Below are positions 10,808 to 22,300 of a DNA stretch of 64,000 nucleotides, piece after piece. Position numbers and translations under genes: made by a program. The stretch is from a virus, in the IMG/VR virus record IMGVR_UViG_3300042887_005324, positions 64,001-128,000 of that record; one strand, written 5' to 3'. Position 1 is the first letter of the stretch. The number at the start of each line of letters is the position of its first letter. A model generated the notes under the pieces. The model saw only the letters and a list, made by a program, of their open reading frames with translations, had not been told where the DNA came from and made no database searches.

Positions 10808-11044
10808 TTAAGCGCTGTATAGAGCAGTAAGTCTTGTGATGACATCAGCATCTGTCCACTGTCCAGCTGCATCATAATCTGCTCCTTCCCACAAAACAAC
10901 TGGCTCATCCAATTCTTCAACAAAACATCTTACAACTTTTTGCTTTGGTAAATCAACAACTCTAATTACTGTTAATGAGTCAATAGTCTTACTTTTTTCT
11001 TCTTGTAAAACAATCTTTTTAGGATTTGTAAGTGTAATATTCAT
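10808..11044 (-). CDS. small hypothetical protein (late, fibre-associated)
   Basis: 78 aa ORF downstream of the AATATATA motif. Confidence 0.7.
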   Translation of the reverse strand: MNITLTNPKKIVLQEEKSKTIDSLTVIRVVDLPKQKVVRCFVEELDEPVVLWEGADYDAAGQWTDADVITRLTALYSA

Positions 11045-11098
11045 ATTTTCATTTCTTTTTTTTATATATTAAAAAATTAAATCGTTTTTTTATTAAAA

Positions 11099-12424
11099 TT
11101 AACCAAAAGGTGATAAAGAACTCCAAGTAGAACCAAAAATACTCACGGGTCTACTAAAACCACTTGTATCTATTATTGAACCACTTTCCTTGAATTTCAA
11201 AAGTAATTTAGTACCAGATACTGCTGTTAATTCAGATGTTGGGACATTGATAGTTAAATCATTGACATTATAAACAGATGTTCCAGTGACTAATCTAAAA
11301 TTAGTCAAGTAACCATTCCAAACATTATTTGTTCCAGATCCTATCCACAGGTCATTACTGTTATTACTAATATTTGTATTAACAGTTCCTGTCCAAATTC
11401 TAGTTCCGTCTTTATAAACCGAAACTACACCAGATGTTCTCGAGATAGCAAAATGAACCCATTTATTTAAATAATTTGTAAGTGTTATATTTACATAATA
11501 TGTCATTCCATTATTCAACCAGAGTAAAAATAAACCATTTTCAATACTTACAGCTAAGGAATGTGTTGGCCAACTACCAACCTCAAAAAGTCTACTGTAA
11601 CTAGGTGGAGATGCTTGGGTTTGATACTGAAACCACTCTACCGTAAAGTCATTGGTATTAAATGCGAAATCGTTACTAGCAGGTAGTGTGATATACCTTT
11701 CTGTAGTATCATTCTGACCAAATCTGAAACTACCTCCAATAAATGGAAGACTCGATGTGAATCCAACAAGTTGATTTGTTATTTCATGATTGTAGATACT
11801 GTTATCAAATATGGCAGTATTTTGACTTCCAACATTGATTAAGAATTTGGTATCAAGTGTATTACTGTAAGTGAAACTTGCGGTAAAATTAGAAGTGTAA
11901 ATAGCCGTGCCAACAATTAATCTTGATTGACTAATTAATCCATCAAAATAATATCCATCATAGTTATTATAGTATCTACCAATGGCTAAGGAATTACCGG
12001 TGTAATTATTGCTATCACTGAATTCAAAAACTAAATTACCATTTAGATAACAACTCGCTGTTCCTCCTGTTCTTGAGATAGCAGCATGATACCAAACACC
12101 AGTATTGATTGGTGTCTCATTATATCCACCAATCGTGTAAAACTCGACATTTCCATCGTGTGTGTTTATCGAAAATCCATCTACACCTCCAAACTCTCTA
12201 TTAGTTAAAATACCCTTATATCCATTAGTATTATTGGACTTAAACCAACTTTCAACAGTAAAAGAACTAGTGCCAACTATATAGTCAGATGAATCTGATC
12301 GAAGATATGAAGAACTGGCTGATACTATCAATAATGACCCGTAATATATTGTATCCAACAAAGGTATTTGCACAGAAATCATTGATGAAAGTGGTCCAGA
12401 AAAGTTTGAGAATTTACCTATCAT
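11099..12424 (-). CDS. protein with two LamG/concanavalin A-like domains
   Basis: FTVESWF..WYHAAISR..YLNG and FTVEWF..WVHFAISR..YKDG; paralogous to the middle domain of 499..2490. Confidence 0.8.
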   Translation of the reverse strand: MIGKFSNFSGPLSSMISVQIPLLDTIYYGSLLIVSASSSYLRSDSSDYIVGTSSFTVESWFKSNNTNGYKGILTNREFGGVDGFSINTHDGNVEFYTIGGYNETPINTGVWYHAAISRTGGTASCYLNGNLVFEFSDSNNYTGNSLAIGRYYNNYDGYYFDGLISQSRLIVGTAIYTSNFTASFTYSNTLDTKFLINVGSQNTAIFDNSIYNHEITNQLVGFTSSLPFIGGSFRFGQNDTTERYITLPASNDFAFNTNDFTVEWFQYQTQASPPSYSRLFEVGSWPTHSLAVSIENGLFLLWLNNGMTYYVNITLTNYLNKWVHFAISRTSGVVSVYKDGTRIWTGTVNTNISNNSNDLWIGSGTNNVWNGYLTNFRLVTGTSVYNVNDLTINVPTSELTAVSGTKLLLKFKESGSIIDTSGFSRPVSIFGSTWSSLSPFG

Positions 12425-12457
12425 AACTTATATATTATAAAATAAAAGTTATAAGTA

Positions 12458-14143
12458 TTATCCAAATGTACTTACTTGAGCCAAAACTGACCAATCATTG
12501 TTTCTTCTTATGAATGAAAACCCAACAACATCTGTTTGGTTAACACTTCCGGAAGGTGTACTAGCGCCAACCCATTTTACACTATAAGTATTTCCATTTA
12601 TTAAAATTGGCGATGTAGGTAGATAAGCTGTTCCTTGTTGTTCAATAATAATCGTAGAGGTGATAACTTTCATTTCAATCTCTGGAACATTCTGGAAGTC
12701 TGGCTGAAAGTCTTCAGCCAAATCATCGTGTGTCCAGATTGAACCTAAATTGAAGTCATAAATAATTGTTGCACCTGCGGTTGAAGTATTTAGTTCTTCT
12801 ATTGTTTGTTGAAACTGAGTTGTTGCTTGAATTGAAAAAGTTGATCCATCGAATGTTAAATTATTTTGAGCAACTAACCCAGTTGACCCATCCGAAGTGA
12901 CTAAAGAGTTGTTTGATGCATTTGTTATAGTTAAGGTAGATGAGAAATTTGATGGACTTATTTCTATGTTCCAAAAACTATAAGTAGGAACCACACCATC
13001 ATTGTTTGTTGCTCCGAATTTCGGAGAATAGTTTACCACTAGTTCAAGTAAACCAGTCTCAAAGTTATATCCAGTTACTTCACCGACGAAATAAATACCA
13101 GCATCATCAACATAGTCATCAATTGCATAGTTATTATCAATAATATTGTAAACGATTAAACTATGTGCTTGTTTAAATCCGAGTCTATCTTGAGTTTGTA
13201 ATTCTATAATAAACCCTTCTTCAGGTAGTTGAAGATGTGAACTTGAGGTGCCAGAGTACCTGTATAATACAGATTGATTGTCTCTAATAATATCTCCAAC
13301 TGTTGGTAGTATAATATTACCATTTTTGAATTGTAAGTCAAAGTTTGAAGCAGATCCAATTGTTTGTATAGAAATATAACCATTATTATTTTCATCGATA
13401 TTGGATGAGATAATAGAACTTGGAGTTATGCCAGAAATAAAATTAACTGAAGATTCGACTATACTTAAAGAAGAATTAAATTGGACTGAATTATCAGTAG
13501 AAATTGTTGCAGTATCAATAAATGTAAAAGGAATGCCTTGTAAATTATTGTAAGAAATCGGTAGACTCTGAGTACTGTTGTAAAGTAGTGTATCTCCATC
13601 AGTCGAAAGCACAAATGGATTATCAACAGAACCTATGTTAACACTATTAACTACTAAGCTATTATTATGTGATGAAAGAGTTAAACCACCAATATAAATA
13701 GAACTTGTGCCAACATACAAACTCCTCCATTGTAACTGAGGTGATCCCAAGTTATAAGTACTGTTAGTGCCTGGTAAAAAGTCACCATTAAGTGTTAATT
13801 CACCACTACCTGGACTAATTGTATTAATATCTAAGTCTGAAAGTAATCCAGTAATGTAATTCTCTACATCTTTAGCAATGACAATAGGTGTATTTTGAGT
13901 TAACGTGTCAATTTGTGTTTGTAGTTGAGTTATTGCTGACTTAGCTTCATTTGAATTATAAAAATTCAGAAATATTATCTTATCATTTTTAAGATTAATT
14001 TTTACCAAATTATTATTCACCATCGTATTGACGATAGAAAATGGGTTCACAGTGTACTTAATCACACCAGTGCTATCTAAAATTTGGATATTTCTATCTC
14101 CCGTTCCTAACGGTCTTAAAAAATAATTTACATTATAAGTCAT
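12458..14143 (-). CDS. virion fibre/structural protein
   Basis: YNLGSPQLQWRSLY fibre-type motif; C-terminal domain paralogous to that of 2507..7393. Confidence 0.6.
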   Translation of the reverse strand: MTYNVNYFLRPLGTGDRNIQILDSTGVIKYTVNPFSIVNTMVNNNLVKINLKNDKIIFLNFYNSNEAKSAITQLQTQIDTLTQNTPIVIAKDVENYITGLLSDLDINTISPGSGELTLNGDFLPGTNSTYNLGSPQLQWRSLYVGTSSIYIGGLTLSSHNNSLVVNSVNIGSVDNPFVLSTDGDTLLYNSTQSLPISYNNLQGIPFTFIDTATISTDNSVQFNSSLSIVESSVNFISGITPSSIISSNIDENNNGYISIQTIGSASNFDLQFKNGNIILPTVGDIIRDNQSVLYRYSGTSSSHLQLPEEGFIIELQTQDRLGFKQAHSLIVYNIIDNNYAIDDYVDDAGIYFVGEVTGYNFETGLLELVVNYSPKFGATNNDGVVPTYSFWNIEISPSNFSSTLTITNASNNSLVTSDGSTGLVAQNNLTFDGSTFSIQATTQFQQTIEELNTSTAGATIIYDFNLGSIWTHDDLAEDFQPDFQNVPEIEMKVITSTIIIEQQGTAYLPTSPILINGNTYSVKWVGASTPSGSVNQTDVVGFSFIRRNNDWSVLAQVSTFG

Positions 14144-14158
14144 TGTTATTCATCCTTT

Positions 14159-15301
14159 TTATGCAGTTATATCAAGATTAATTTTCAATACATTTAAATA
14201 ATTTAATGCTATATCAGAAAAATCAAAATTTACAGAGTAAGTTCCTACTTCAAGTATTGTAGTTACTGTCCCAGAAGTTGAACCTAATATTAAATTAGAT
14301 CCAGTAATACCCATTACACCATCTCTGTTATCGGTAACTGAGTTAATAAGTAAGTCAACTATTTTATTTTTATCAATTACATTGCTTACTCCAAAAGTAG
14401 ACAATGAGATTGAAGTCGAGAATGTATTACCAATTGTAGTATCAGGGTTAATACCAGTTAATCCTAAATAATCATAGATATAATCTCCTGTATTTCCAAC
14501 TTGAGTATTAAATACTATTACTGGTTTCTCCGTATCCGATAGAGGACTAAGTGTATCAATATTAACATTTGGATTTTCCATAACATAGTTAAATATTGAA
14601 AATGCTTGTGATGCATCATTTACAGTTAAGAACTTTAAGAATATTGTTCCAAAGCTTTGATCATCAACTATTAATATATCGTCTGATCTTTCGATTGAGT
14701 TAATATTTGCTATTTTGATATAGACTAGTGGTTTAGGTGGAGCACTTTTGTCCTTAATAACAATTGATTCATTTATAACATAAGTGTGTATATCTGTATA
14801 TTCCAAGCCAGTGAAAGATAATCCTGATTGATTTAGTGTATCATTAAAGAACGAATAAGTATCATCTATAACCGCAACCATTATATCCAAGTTTACTGGA
14901 TAGTTTGAATTTGGATTCGTCAAATATAACTGTGGTATTCTATATGCTGAGTTGCCAGTTAATATCATCAATTGTGCCATATAATGATTCTTGGATAAGT
15001 CATCAGCAAAATTATATTGAATGTAATTATCTTCCTCTATTTTAGATTTCGGATCATAAGTTGCTGCAATTGATAAAAATGTTGCGTTGTCTCCTAATCC
15101 TAAATGATTCATTAAATAATCAACTTGACCAGCTTTTAATACAACTCTTCCTCTTAATAATTGAGTATAAGGAATTCTTAAATCTTTTAAAAATTGTCTG
15201 TCAACAGTATTTACACCTTCTACTGCTACTAAATCACCATTAAGAAATTTTATATATTTGTCAGAAGTGCCGAATAATGAACTCTGATTATTACAAGCCA
15301 T
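14159..15301 (-). CDS. putative virion structural protein
   Basis: 380 aa beta-rich ORF in late block, AATATATA motif upstream. Confidence 0.55.
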   Translation of the reverse strand: MACNNQSSLFGTSDKYIKFLNGDLVAVEGVNTVDRQFLKDLRIPYTQLLRGRVVLKAGQVDYLMNHLGLGDNATFLSIAATYDPKSKIEEDNYIQYNFADDLSKNHYMAQLMILTGNSAYRIPQLYLTNPNSNYPVNLDIMVAVIDDTYSFFNDTLNQSGLSFTGLEYTDIHTYVINESIVIKDKSAPPKPLVYIKIANINSIERSDDILIVDDQSFGTIFLKFLTVNDASQAFSIFNYVMENPNVNIDTLSPLSDTEKPVIVFNTQVGNTGDYIYDYLGLTGINPDTTIGNTFSTSISLSTFGVSNVIDKNKIVDLLINSVTDNRDGVMGITGSNLILGSTSGTVTTILEVGTYSVNFDFSDIALNYLNVLKINLDITA

Positions 15302-15359
15302 ATTTTGAACCTTATTTTTGATTATATATTAAATTTATATAATCATTAATTCAAAAACA

Positions 15360-18047
15360 TCATCTAACTTCTCTCTCAATAAGGTATCTTTCTTCAATTG
15401 AGTCACCAACTGCATCAGAAATTCTGGTAATCTTGTACTTTATTCCTTTGTTTAACTTCAAATAAGGTTTATTAGATAATAAATAATTTGTACTTGAATT
15501 GAATGTTATTGGTAAACTGTTACTCGCTCCATAAGAAATAAGTGTTGCATTATTGTTAACATTTAGAGTTAGAATAGAATTAGTTGCTCCAACTGAATCA
15601 ACTACATATTGTCCTGAAAAATCAATTTTACTTATTGTACCAATTGTGAAATCCTTAATCTGATATGTATCACCAGCTTTAAATGAGTTGTTAACTAATT
15701 GTCCATTTTCGTTTATCGGTAAAGTTAGTAGACCACCAGAAGTCAATTGAAAGTCTTTTGTTAGATCTATATCGAAATTCACCGAGTTCCAACTTTTGGC
15801 ACTATTCGAGACTTGTGTTACGGTATTATAATAAACAGGTAAGTCAACTGTTTCAACTATTTGTGTTTCTACTGGAGTTGCTGTATCAAGACCTAATTTA
15901 TAATTTATGAAAATTTCAAGTTTCTTATTCTGTGTTGCAGTTAGATTTGAATCGATGATAATATCACAACTTTGTTTATAATCTAAGTCTCTATCAATTA
16001 AGATAGTAAGTTTATCATCATTCGGTAGTGTGAAATCATTTATATCATCATTAGTTACATAAATTAGAAAATTCTTGTTCTCAGGAACAGTAGCAATATA
16101 TGGAACTGCACCATTGATGTTATAAAGTTGAGAAGTGAATACTTCATAGATAACATTATAAGTAGCATCTTTGTTTCTTAACTTAATTCTCGGTGGTGAA
16201 ACAGTAGAGTCTAAGTCTACCGCAATTGTATCTGAATTTATTATTTGATTTGTTGAATAAAGTCTTAATAGATTATCTAAATTAGAAATTCTTGCATTGA
16301 TTGTTTGAAAATCTGTCTGTGAATATAAGAGTTGTCTCATATCAGAAACCTGTTGTTCAAGATCGCCTTGAGTTGCTAAAATTTCTAAAAATGATTGATT
16401 TACATTAGCCAATCTTCTCATCGCTTCATTAAACAGATTGAAACTAAATAATGAATTGATTGCTTGAGGATTATAGGTATCCTGTGGATTCTCATTGATG
16501 ATATTGAAACTAAGATTAAGTGAAAAAGCATAAGATGTACCGTCTTGTAAATCATTTGTAGCTAACTTTTTGAAAGTAGGTACTCTTAATGATACCTCAC
16601 TAGGCAAAGGATTGTTATCTGGATTATCGACAAACGAGATGCCATATAGGTTCGTCGTTTGATTACCATTAATATCTTCAACAGTATAATACCATAAAAT
16701 TGAGTTAAATTCGAAATCCTGAGGAACTTGATTATTTACTTCTAAAGCATTAAATTGATCAAAATTAGTAAGTTCTCTACCAATAATATTCATTTTAACA
16801 TAGTGTGCTGGGTCAAAATCTAAAGTAAGACCATCAACAGTTGAACCATTTACTACTGGAATATTAATATCACCAGAAATACCAAAATAATCACCACTCC
16901 TTCTAAGTGAATCACCACTTGCTGTCTCGTATGTAAAATCTTCAGTGTCGAACTGACCATAGTGATTACCTGGATAATTAACAGGAGTACTAACGATTGG
17001 ACTAGAAAACAATTCAGCTCCTATAATTTCAGGTTGATACTGACTTGGTAAAATCGGAAAAGTCATGTTTGGTTTGTAATTAACATCAAATTTAGTTCTG
17101 AATAATATGTCTGGTGTACGTCCTGTATGATCAGGTATATGTGCATATACTTCAGTATAGGATCTGTTAGCCTCTTGTACATTATTTACACCATTAACTT
17201 CTCCTATATACTGAACTAATCTTTGATATACTAATTTGACAAACGCCCCAGTTTCGTTAAATTCAGCATTTGTGTAATTCACATCAAAAACTATTTTCTG
17301 TCCAGTAGTAGAGGTTGCTGGTATAATTTTTTGAATTTTAGTTCTAAAACCTGACTCACCAAATAAACTAACTAAGATTGGATCAGTTATATTACCGAAC
17401 TCAACTAAATCATTAACTCTAAAATTCGTAGTTGATTGAAACTCTATTTCTAATTTATTAGAGTATCCAGCTTCACCAGACTCATAAAAACTTACAGTAG
17501 ACCACTCAACTACTTCTCTTTCTTTCCAAAGTAACTCTGGAAAATATTCATCATCATTTAAGTTATTCCTTTGAAATTCAGGTAAATTACCAAAGTATTC
17601 ATCTCCATCAACTGCTTGATCAAAATCAATTAGTCCTAGTTTTTTACACCATTTCCAGAATATTTTCTCAGTTGGTGTTTCTATTATTGTATTATCGTAA
17701 TAGTACTCTGTATTATTTAATCTTGACTCTTTAATTACAACTTCTTGGTTTGCTACATAGTTTCTCAAGGATTCAACCATTTGGTCTTGGTAGTTAGTTG
17801 CTGGTGTTGAGAAGTTTGATCTCTTAAATCCATATCCTAAGTTTGCAGTATTTTCAAAGTCCCAATAAATTGATGCAGTGCTACCACTCAGTTTTTGTAT
17901 AGGCAAATTTAATAAAACATATTTAGAAAAATACATTTTGTAATTCTCATTCTGATATGCAGCTGAAATATCTTCAGCAGCTCCAGGAAAAGCGTAAAAT
18001 GAGGTTCCGTTTGCTTTAAGTCTCTTATATAATGGGGTAGCAGCCAT
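15360..18047 (-). CDS. large putative virion structural protein
   Basis: 895 aa ORF with central coiled coil, late motif upstream. Confidence 0.55.
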   Translation of the reverse strand: MAATPLYKRLKANGTSFYAFPGAAEDISAAYQNENYKMYFSKYVLLNLPIQKLSGSTASIYWDFENTANLGYGFKRSNFSTPATNYQDQMVESLRNYVANQEVVIKESRLNNTEYYYDNTIIETPTEKIFWKWCKKLGLIDFDQAVDGDEYFGNLPEFQRNNLNDDEYFPELLWKEREVVEWSTVSFYESGEAGYSNKLEIEFQSTTNFRVNDLVEFGNITDPILVSLFGESGFRTKIQKIIPATSTTGQKIVFDVNYTNAEFNETGAFVKLVYQRLVQYIGEVNGVNNVQEANRSYTEVYAHIPDHTGRTPDILFRTKFDVNYKPNMTFPILPSQYQPEIIGAELFSSPIVSTPVNYPGNHYGQFDTEDFTYETASGDSLRRSGDYFGISGDINIPVVNGSTVDGLTLDFDPAHYVKMNIIGRELTNFDQFNALEVNNQVPQDFEFNSILWYYTVEDINGNQTTNLYGISFVDNPDNNPLPSEVSLRVPTFKKLATNDLQDGTSYAFSLNLSFNIINENPQDTYNPQAINSLFSFNLFNEAMRRLANVNQSFLEILATQGDLEQQVSDMRQLLYSQTDFQTINARISNLDNLLRLYSTNQIINSDTIAVDLDSTVSPPRIKLRNKDATYNVIYEVFTSQLYNINGAVPYIATVPENKNFLIYVTNDDINDFTLPNDDKLTILIDRDLDYKQSCDIIIDSNLTATQNKKLEIFINYKLGLDTATPVETQIVETVDLPVYYNTVTQVSNSAKSWNSVNFDIDLTKDFQLTSGGLLTLPINENGQLVNNSFKAGDTYQIKDFTIGTISKIDFSGQYVVDSVGATNSILTLNVNNNATLISYGASNSLPITFNSSTNYLLSNKPYLKLNKGIKYKITRISDAVGDSIEERYLIEREVR

Positions 18048-18147
18048 GTAATTAAAATTATTAATTTTATTTATATATTAAATAAGATTAGCTCTTTTGT
18101 AAAACAATCGTAACGAATAAGAGTATAAAATAAAAATATTGATTTTT

Positions 18148-18588
18148 ATGTTAGGTGATATATTTTATTTCTTTGGTCTAATTCTTTTTATTTTGAACCT
18201 AAGTACACTACTAAATTTTCAAAACTACAATAGGATTTACGATTGGTATTATAAATTTAAAAAAGTTACAAAAAAGGAACCAACACGCAGTGATTTTAAG
18301 TCAAAAGACTTCGAATACTTCAGTTTCTACTTAGCACTTGAAATATTAAATATTTGTTGGGTTTTATTAGGACTTGTTACAAAAAGTTGGTTAATCTTCA
18401 TTACAATATTTATCTTTAATATTCTAATGAATTCGATTCTCAAGAAACTACACAACTATTTTGTAATTGTTAGATTTCTAAGACTTTTCAAGGTAACAAT
18501 AGTTACTATGATTTTCGGTTTTTTATTCCTTAATCATTTTCACTTACATAAAGATCCTTTAACTCTATTGAGCTTCTTTCTCAGATGA
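18148..18588 (+). CDS. membrane protein
   Basis: About four hydrophobic segments; ATG at 18148. Confidence 0.7.
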   Translation: MLGDIFYFFGLILFILNLSTLLNFQNYNRIYDWYYKFKKVTKKEPTRSDFKSKDFEYFSFYLALEILNICWVLLGLVTKSWLIFITIFIFNILMNSILKKLHNYFVIVRFLRLFKVTIVTMIFGFLFLNHFHLHKDPLTLLSFFLR

Positions 18589-18960
18589 ACCACTTTCTGA
18601 TAAGTCAGATATTATTTCTGATACTGCTCTTTTAGTACCTTTAATTATATAATCATATAAACTAAAAGTAGACATTTCTGAAGGTACTTCATCATAGAAG
18701 TTTACTTTTGATAAAAGTTCATCTATATCATTTCTATATTTCAAATAAAACTCATATACATCTGAATCATTAATTAATCCCTGTATTTGAGATTCTTCTG
18801 GATTTCTTATGAATGACTTTAGAAATTTATTAAAGGTTTCTTCATCCTCTGTATTTAAGGATTTTTTAATCATTTCAGAAATGTCATTTTTCAAATCTGT
18901 ATTTACTTCTGATGTTGTCTCAGCTTCTTCGAAAAGTCTGTAGTTCTTTAAAAATTTCAT
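18565..18960 (-). CDS. acidic hypothetical protein with capsid-targeting-like leader
   Basis: MKFLKNYRLFEE N-terminus. Confidence 0.7.
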   Translation of the reverse strand: MKFLKNYRLFEEAETTSEVNTDLKNDISEMIKKSLNTEDEETFNKFLKSFIRNPEESQIQGLINDSDVYEFYLKYRNDIDELLSKVNFYDEVPSEMSTFSLYDYIIKGTKRAVSEIISDLSESGSSEKEAQ

Positions 18961-18963
18961 AGG

Positions 18964-19293
18964 TTATTTGAATTTATTTGGGTATAGATGTCTTAATTCG
19001 TGTCCTTGTGGTATATCACTTGTTCTGATTCCAAAAACTTTTTTTTCAGGACAAGTATCTTTTCCATCCATGTAGAAATTATTATTACAAGCCCATACTT
19101 CAACATTTCTTGAAAGTAATTGACCTTCAGAAAAAGGAAATCTCACACCAGCTTCATTATCAATAGATATTATTCTACCATTTTCAGTAACCACAGTGAT
19201 CACAAGATTAGAATTTCTCTTACTGACAAAAGTAATTGTTTTATTTCTAAATGATTCATACTCTTCCAAATGCATTAATAATTTTCTTTTCAT
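18964..19293 (-). CDS. hypothetical protein
   Basis: 109 aa ORF after AATATATA motif. Confidence 0.7.
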   Translation of the reverse strand: MKRKLLMHLEEYESFRNKTITFVSKRNSNLVITVVTENGRIISIDNEAGVRFPFSEGQLLSRNVEVWACNNNFYMDGKDTCPEKKVFGIRTSDIPQGHELRHLYPNKFK

Positions 19294-19319
19294 ATTATCT
19301 ATATATTAATTCTTAATAT

Positions 19320-22300
19320 TTAATTACCCCACGAACCACTTTTGAATACACCATTATACCAAATTCCAGAATCAAATTGATCACCATCGAATATTCCATT
19401 AGTCCAAATACCACTATACCAATGAGCTCCTTTGAAGTGACTGACTACTCTTAATCCAGTTTCATATCCAACATTATCAATTGATCCTATTGTGTTATCA
19501 ACACCTAGTTGACTCAAATCATAATTTAAATACAAAGTTGTTCTTTCGAGAACTGAATCTTCAAGTATTTGTATGATTCTATAGCTAAGTGGATTTTCAT
19601 TATTACCAAGATTTGCGTATGCTTGATCTGTATAATCATCAATAATCCAAATTATATCACCGGTATTAAATTTGAAAATACCATTCAATACAATCGAATT
19701 AGTTGACGATGTATTGGGATAAATTTGATTTACACCAATTACTTGTATCTCTTCTAAAATTCCACCAAGCCAATCACCACTTCTAAAGTCGACGTTATAA
19801 GCTATACCACCATAGAATTTTCCTTTAAGCCAAATTCCAGTTCTCCAAATTGAATATTTGTGTATATCAGATACAAGTGTTTCACCACTTTCACTATCAA
19901 CATTTAGAAAAGAGTGAAACTCACCATCAACCCAACGACCACCATGCCAGTTTGCTGTTCTGCTATTACTTGCTTTTGTTCCAAATCTTGTTAGGATTTG
20001 CTGGTCATTACCAAATAAACCATTATACCAGATACCGTTTTCGAAGTCACCAGACTTAAAGGTTCCGTAAAGCCAATAAGCAGGTTTTGAATTACAATTA
20101 AAAATTCCTTTTTCCCAAGTTCCTTGTACCCAGACTCCACCTTCAAAATTACCATCTTTCCAAAGTCCATCGTTCCAAATACCATTATACCAGTTACCAG
20201 TGTTCCAGTCACCAGCATATCTTCTACCATTATACCAAGTACCTCCTTCCCAAGTACCATCAAACCACCTACCGTTAAACCATCTTGAAGCAGTATTGTC
20301 TATGTAAGAGGTATCTACTTCAACAGAAATTACTTTATATTTTGTGTTATAAGATTTCCAAGTTCCTTCATACCAATCACCACTTACCCATCTACCAGAA
20401 TACCATGTCCCTCCAAACCACCTACCACACCTCCAAATACCTGAGTACCAAACTAAACCATTCTTATCTCTACCAATTACAGCATTTGAAATCTCAGCCT
20501 CTAACAGCCAAGAAAAGTTTTGATTTACTTCATCTAATGAAAGACCATCAACAAACTCAAATTTGTATTTAGTCAAGTCCAAATCAACTAAACTATAAGT
20601 TGAACCAGTAAGTTTGAAATTTTCTGGCATTATTTCAATTGACCTAGTGACATTTTTATCAACGCCTAAGTTAAATAAATCAATATTTTGATAGTTGAAA
20701 AACGGATCTTTCTTAATAAATTTAACTTGAACATTATCGACTTCACCTAAATAATCAAAAGAGTAATAGTATTTTGATGTAGATATTTTTGTCGGTCCCT
20801 CATTGGATATAACTGTCTGTAGTCCTAAAACATTACTCAAATTAAATACTGAGCTTGTTCCGGATATAAGATATATCAAGTCACCAGGTTGTAATTCATT
20901 TTCCCCTATATTCAAAATTAATCTATTGGGTTCACCTTTTATTGGCTCATCATATCCATTCCAGTATGAAGAAGAAGAGTCTACACTAGTTACGTTATAA
21001 ACTAATTCCTTTTCGAGATTCAAAATATTCATTGATAGTTGATAGTCATAATCAACATATATTATTGAACTAATATATTTTCTTATTGAATAATCAGATA
21101 CCAAAGCCTTAAAATATGAGTCAGTACTAAACTTAGTTTTTAATTCATTCTCTAGTGTTGAAAAAGTATTTAAATATTGAACTGTTTTATTTTTCTGTGT
21201 TCTTTGAATATTATTCAATAGCTGAAGATCCTGACTTATTTCTAACAGTTCATTTCTACTTCTGATATCTAATTCAAAAACAGAAAAACTACCAGGTAGT
21301 TCAAACTTTCTATGAAACTCCATGACATATCCACCTAAGTTAGAGTCATAATATTTATTCGTTATTAGTAATCGTGTGTTAATAACATCACCATCTGTTG
21401 TGGATCTAAAAGTTATATCAACAAATGTATGTAACAACAATGAATCCCAATGGTTTTTATAATCAGACCCAAATATTAGTTGATTAGTTCCATTTCTATA
21501 CCAACTATAAGTACCTGTTTGAACTCCTACACTAGGATCAACAAATATGTTGGAATCAGTAAATGTGTTACTGTCATTTCCTACTAAATTTGTAAACTCT
21601 GGTAAGATTGAAAAAATCTTATCTGATGTGAAAATATCAGGATCTACCTTATTTAGATAATCAAAGATGTTATATGTAGGACTATAACCAAAATCTAAGA
21701 AGCTCTCCTTATAACTCAAATCACTGGTGAAATTACTTGATTGACTAATTAGATTAAATCTAGCTTGTAAATTATAATAAGCAGTCTTGTTGTTAAATCT
21801 TGGAGTTATGATTAAATCGTTATCTGATATTTCAAACTTATATGCTAATCCCAAAAAGTGATTGTCCAAATTCGATATTAGTGTATCAGAAGATGTATAT
21901 CTATTTAAATAAGTCAAACTAATAACGGCTGTAGATTTAGTGAGATTTTTAATTATTGTCTCATTAAATTCCGAATAGCAATACATATAAACATCATATC
22001 TCTTAGTTGTGTTAATTGTTACTGGTGGAAACTGACCAGCTGACATTCTTAACCTTGTTGTACTATTAGATGTTGTATATTCAAAAACTTCGATTCTATT
22101 AATAAGTAAGTTACAATCTATCACATCAGATGTTAATCTAACTATATCACCAACTTGTGGTAAAGTATCAATATTGTTAGAAGTTATATCAAAAGTCTGA
22201 CTGAATACTAAGATATCTCGATATGCCCAGATTTTATATGGCTGAGATGATGAGTTATTAGTGGGTAGAAAATTAGATGCAATTGGCGTTGAATTCTGAA

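Noticed and set aside
829-21000. Short antisense or alternative-frame ORFs inside the large structural genes
   Set aside because: Nested within long well-supported ORFs and lack recognisable motifs
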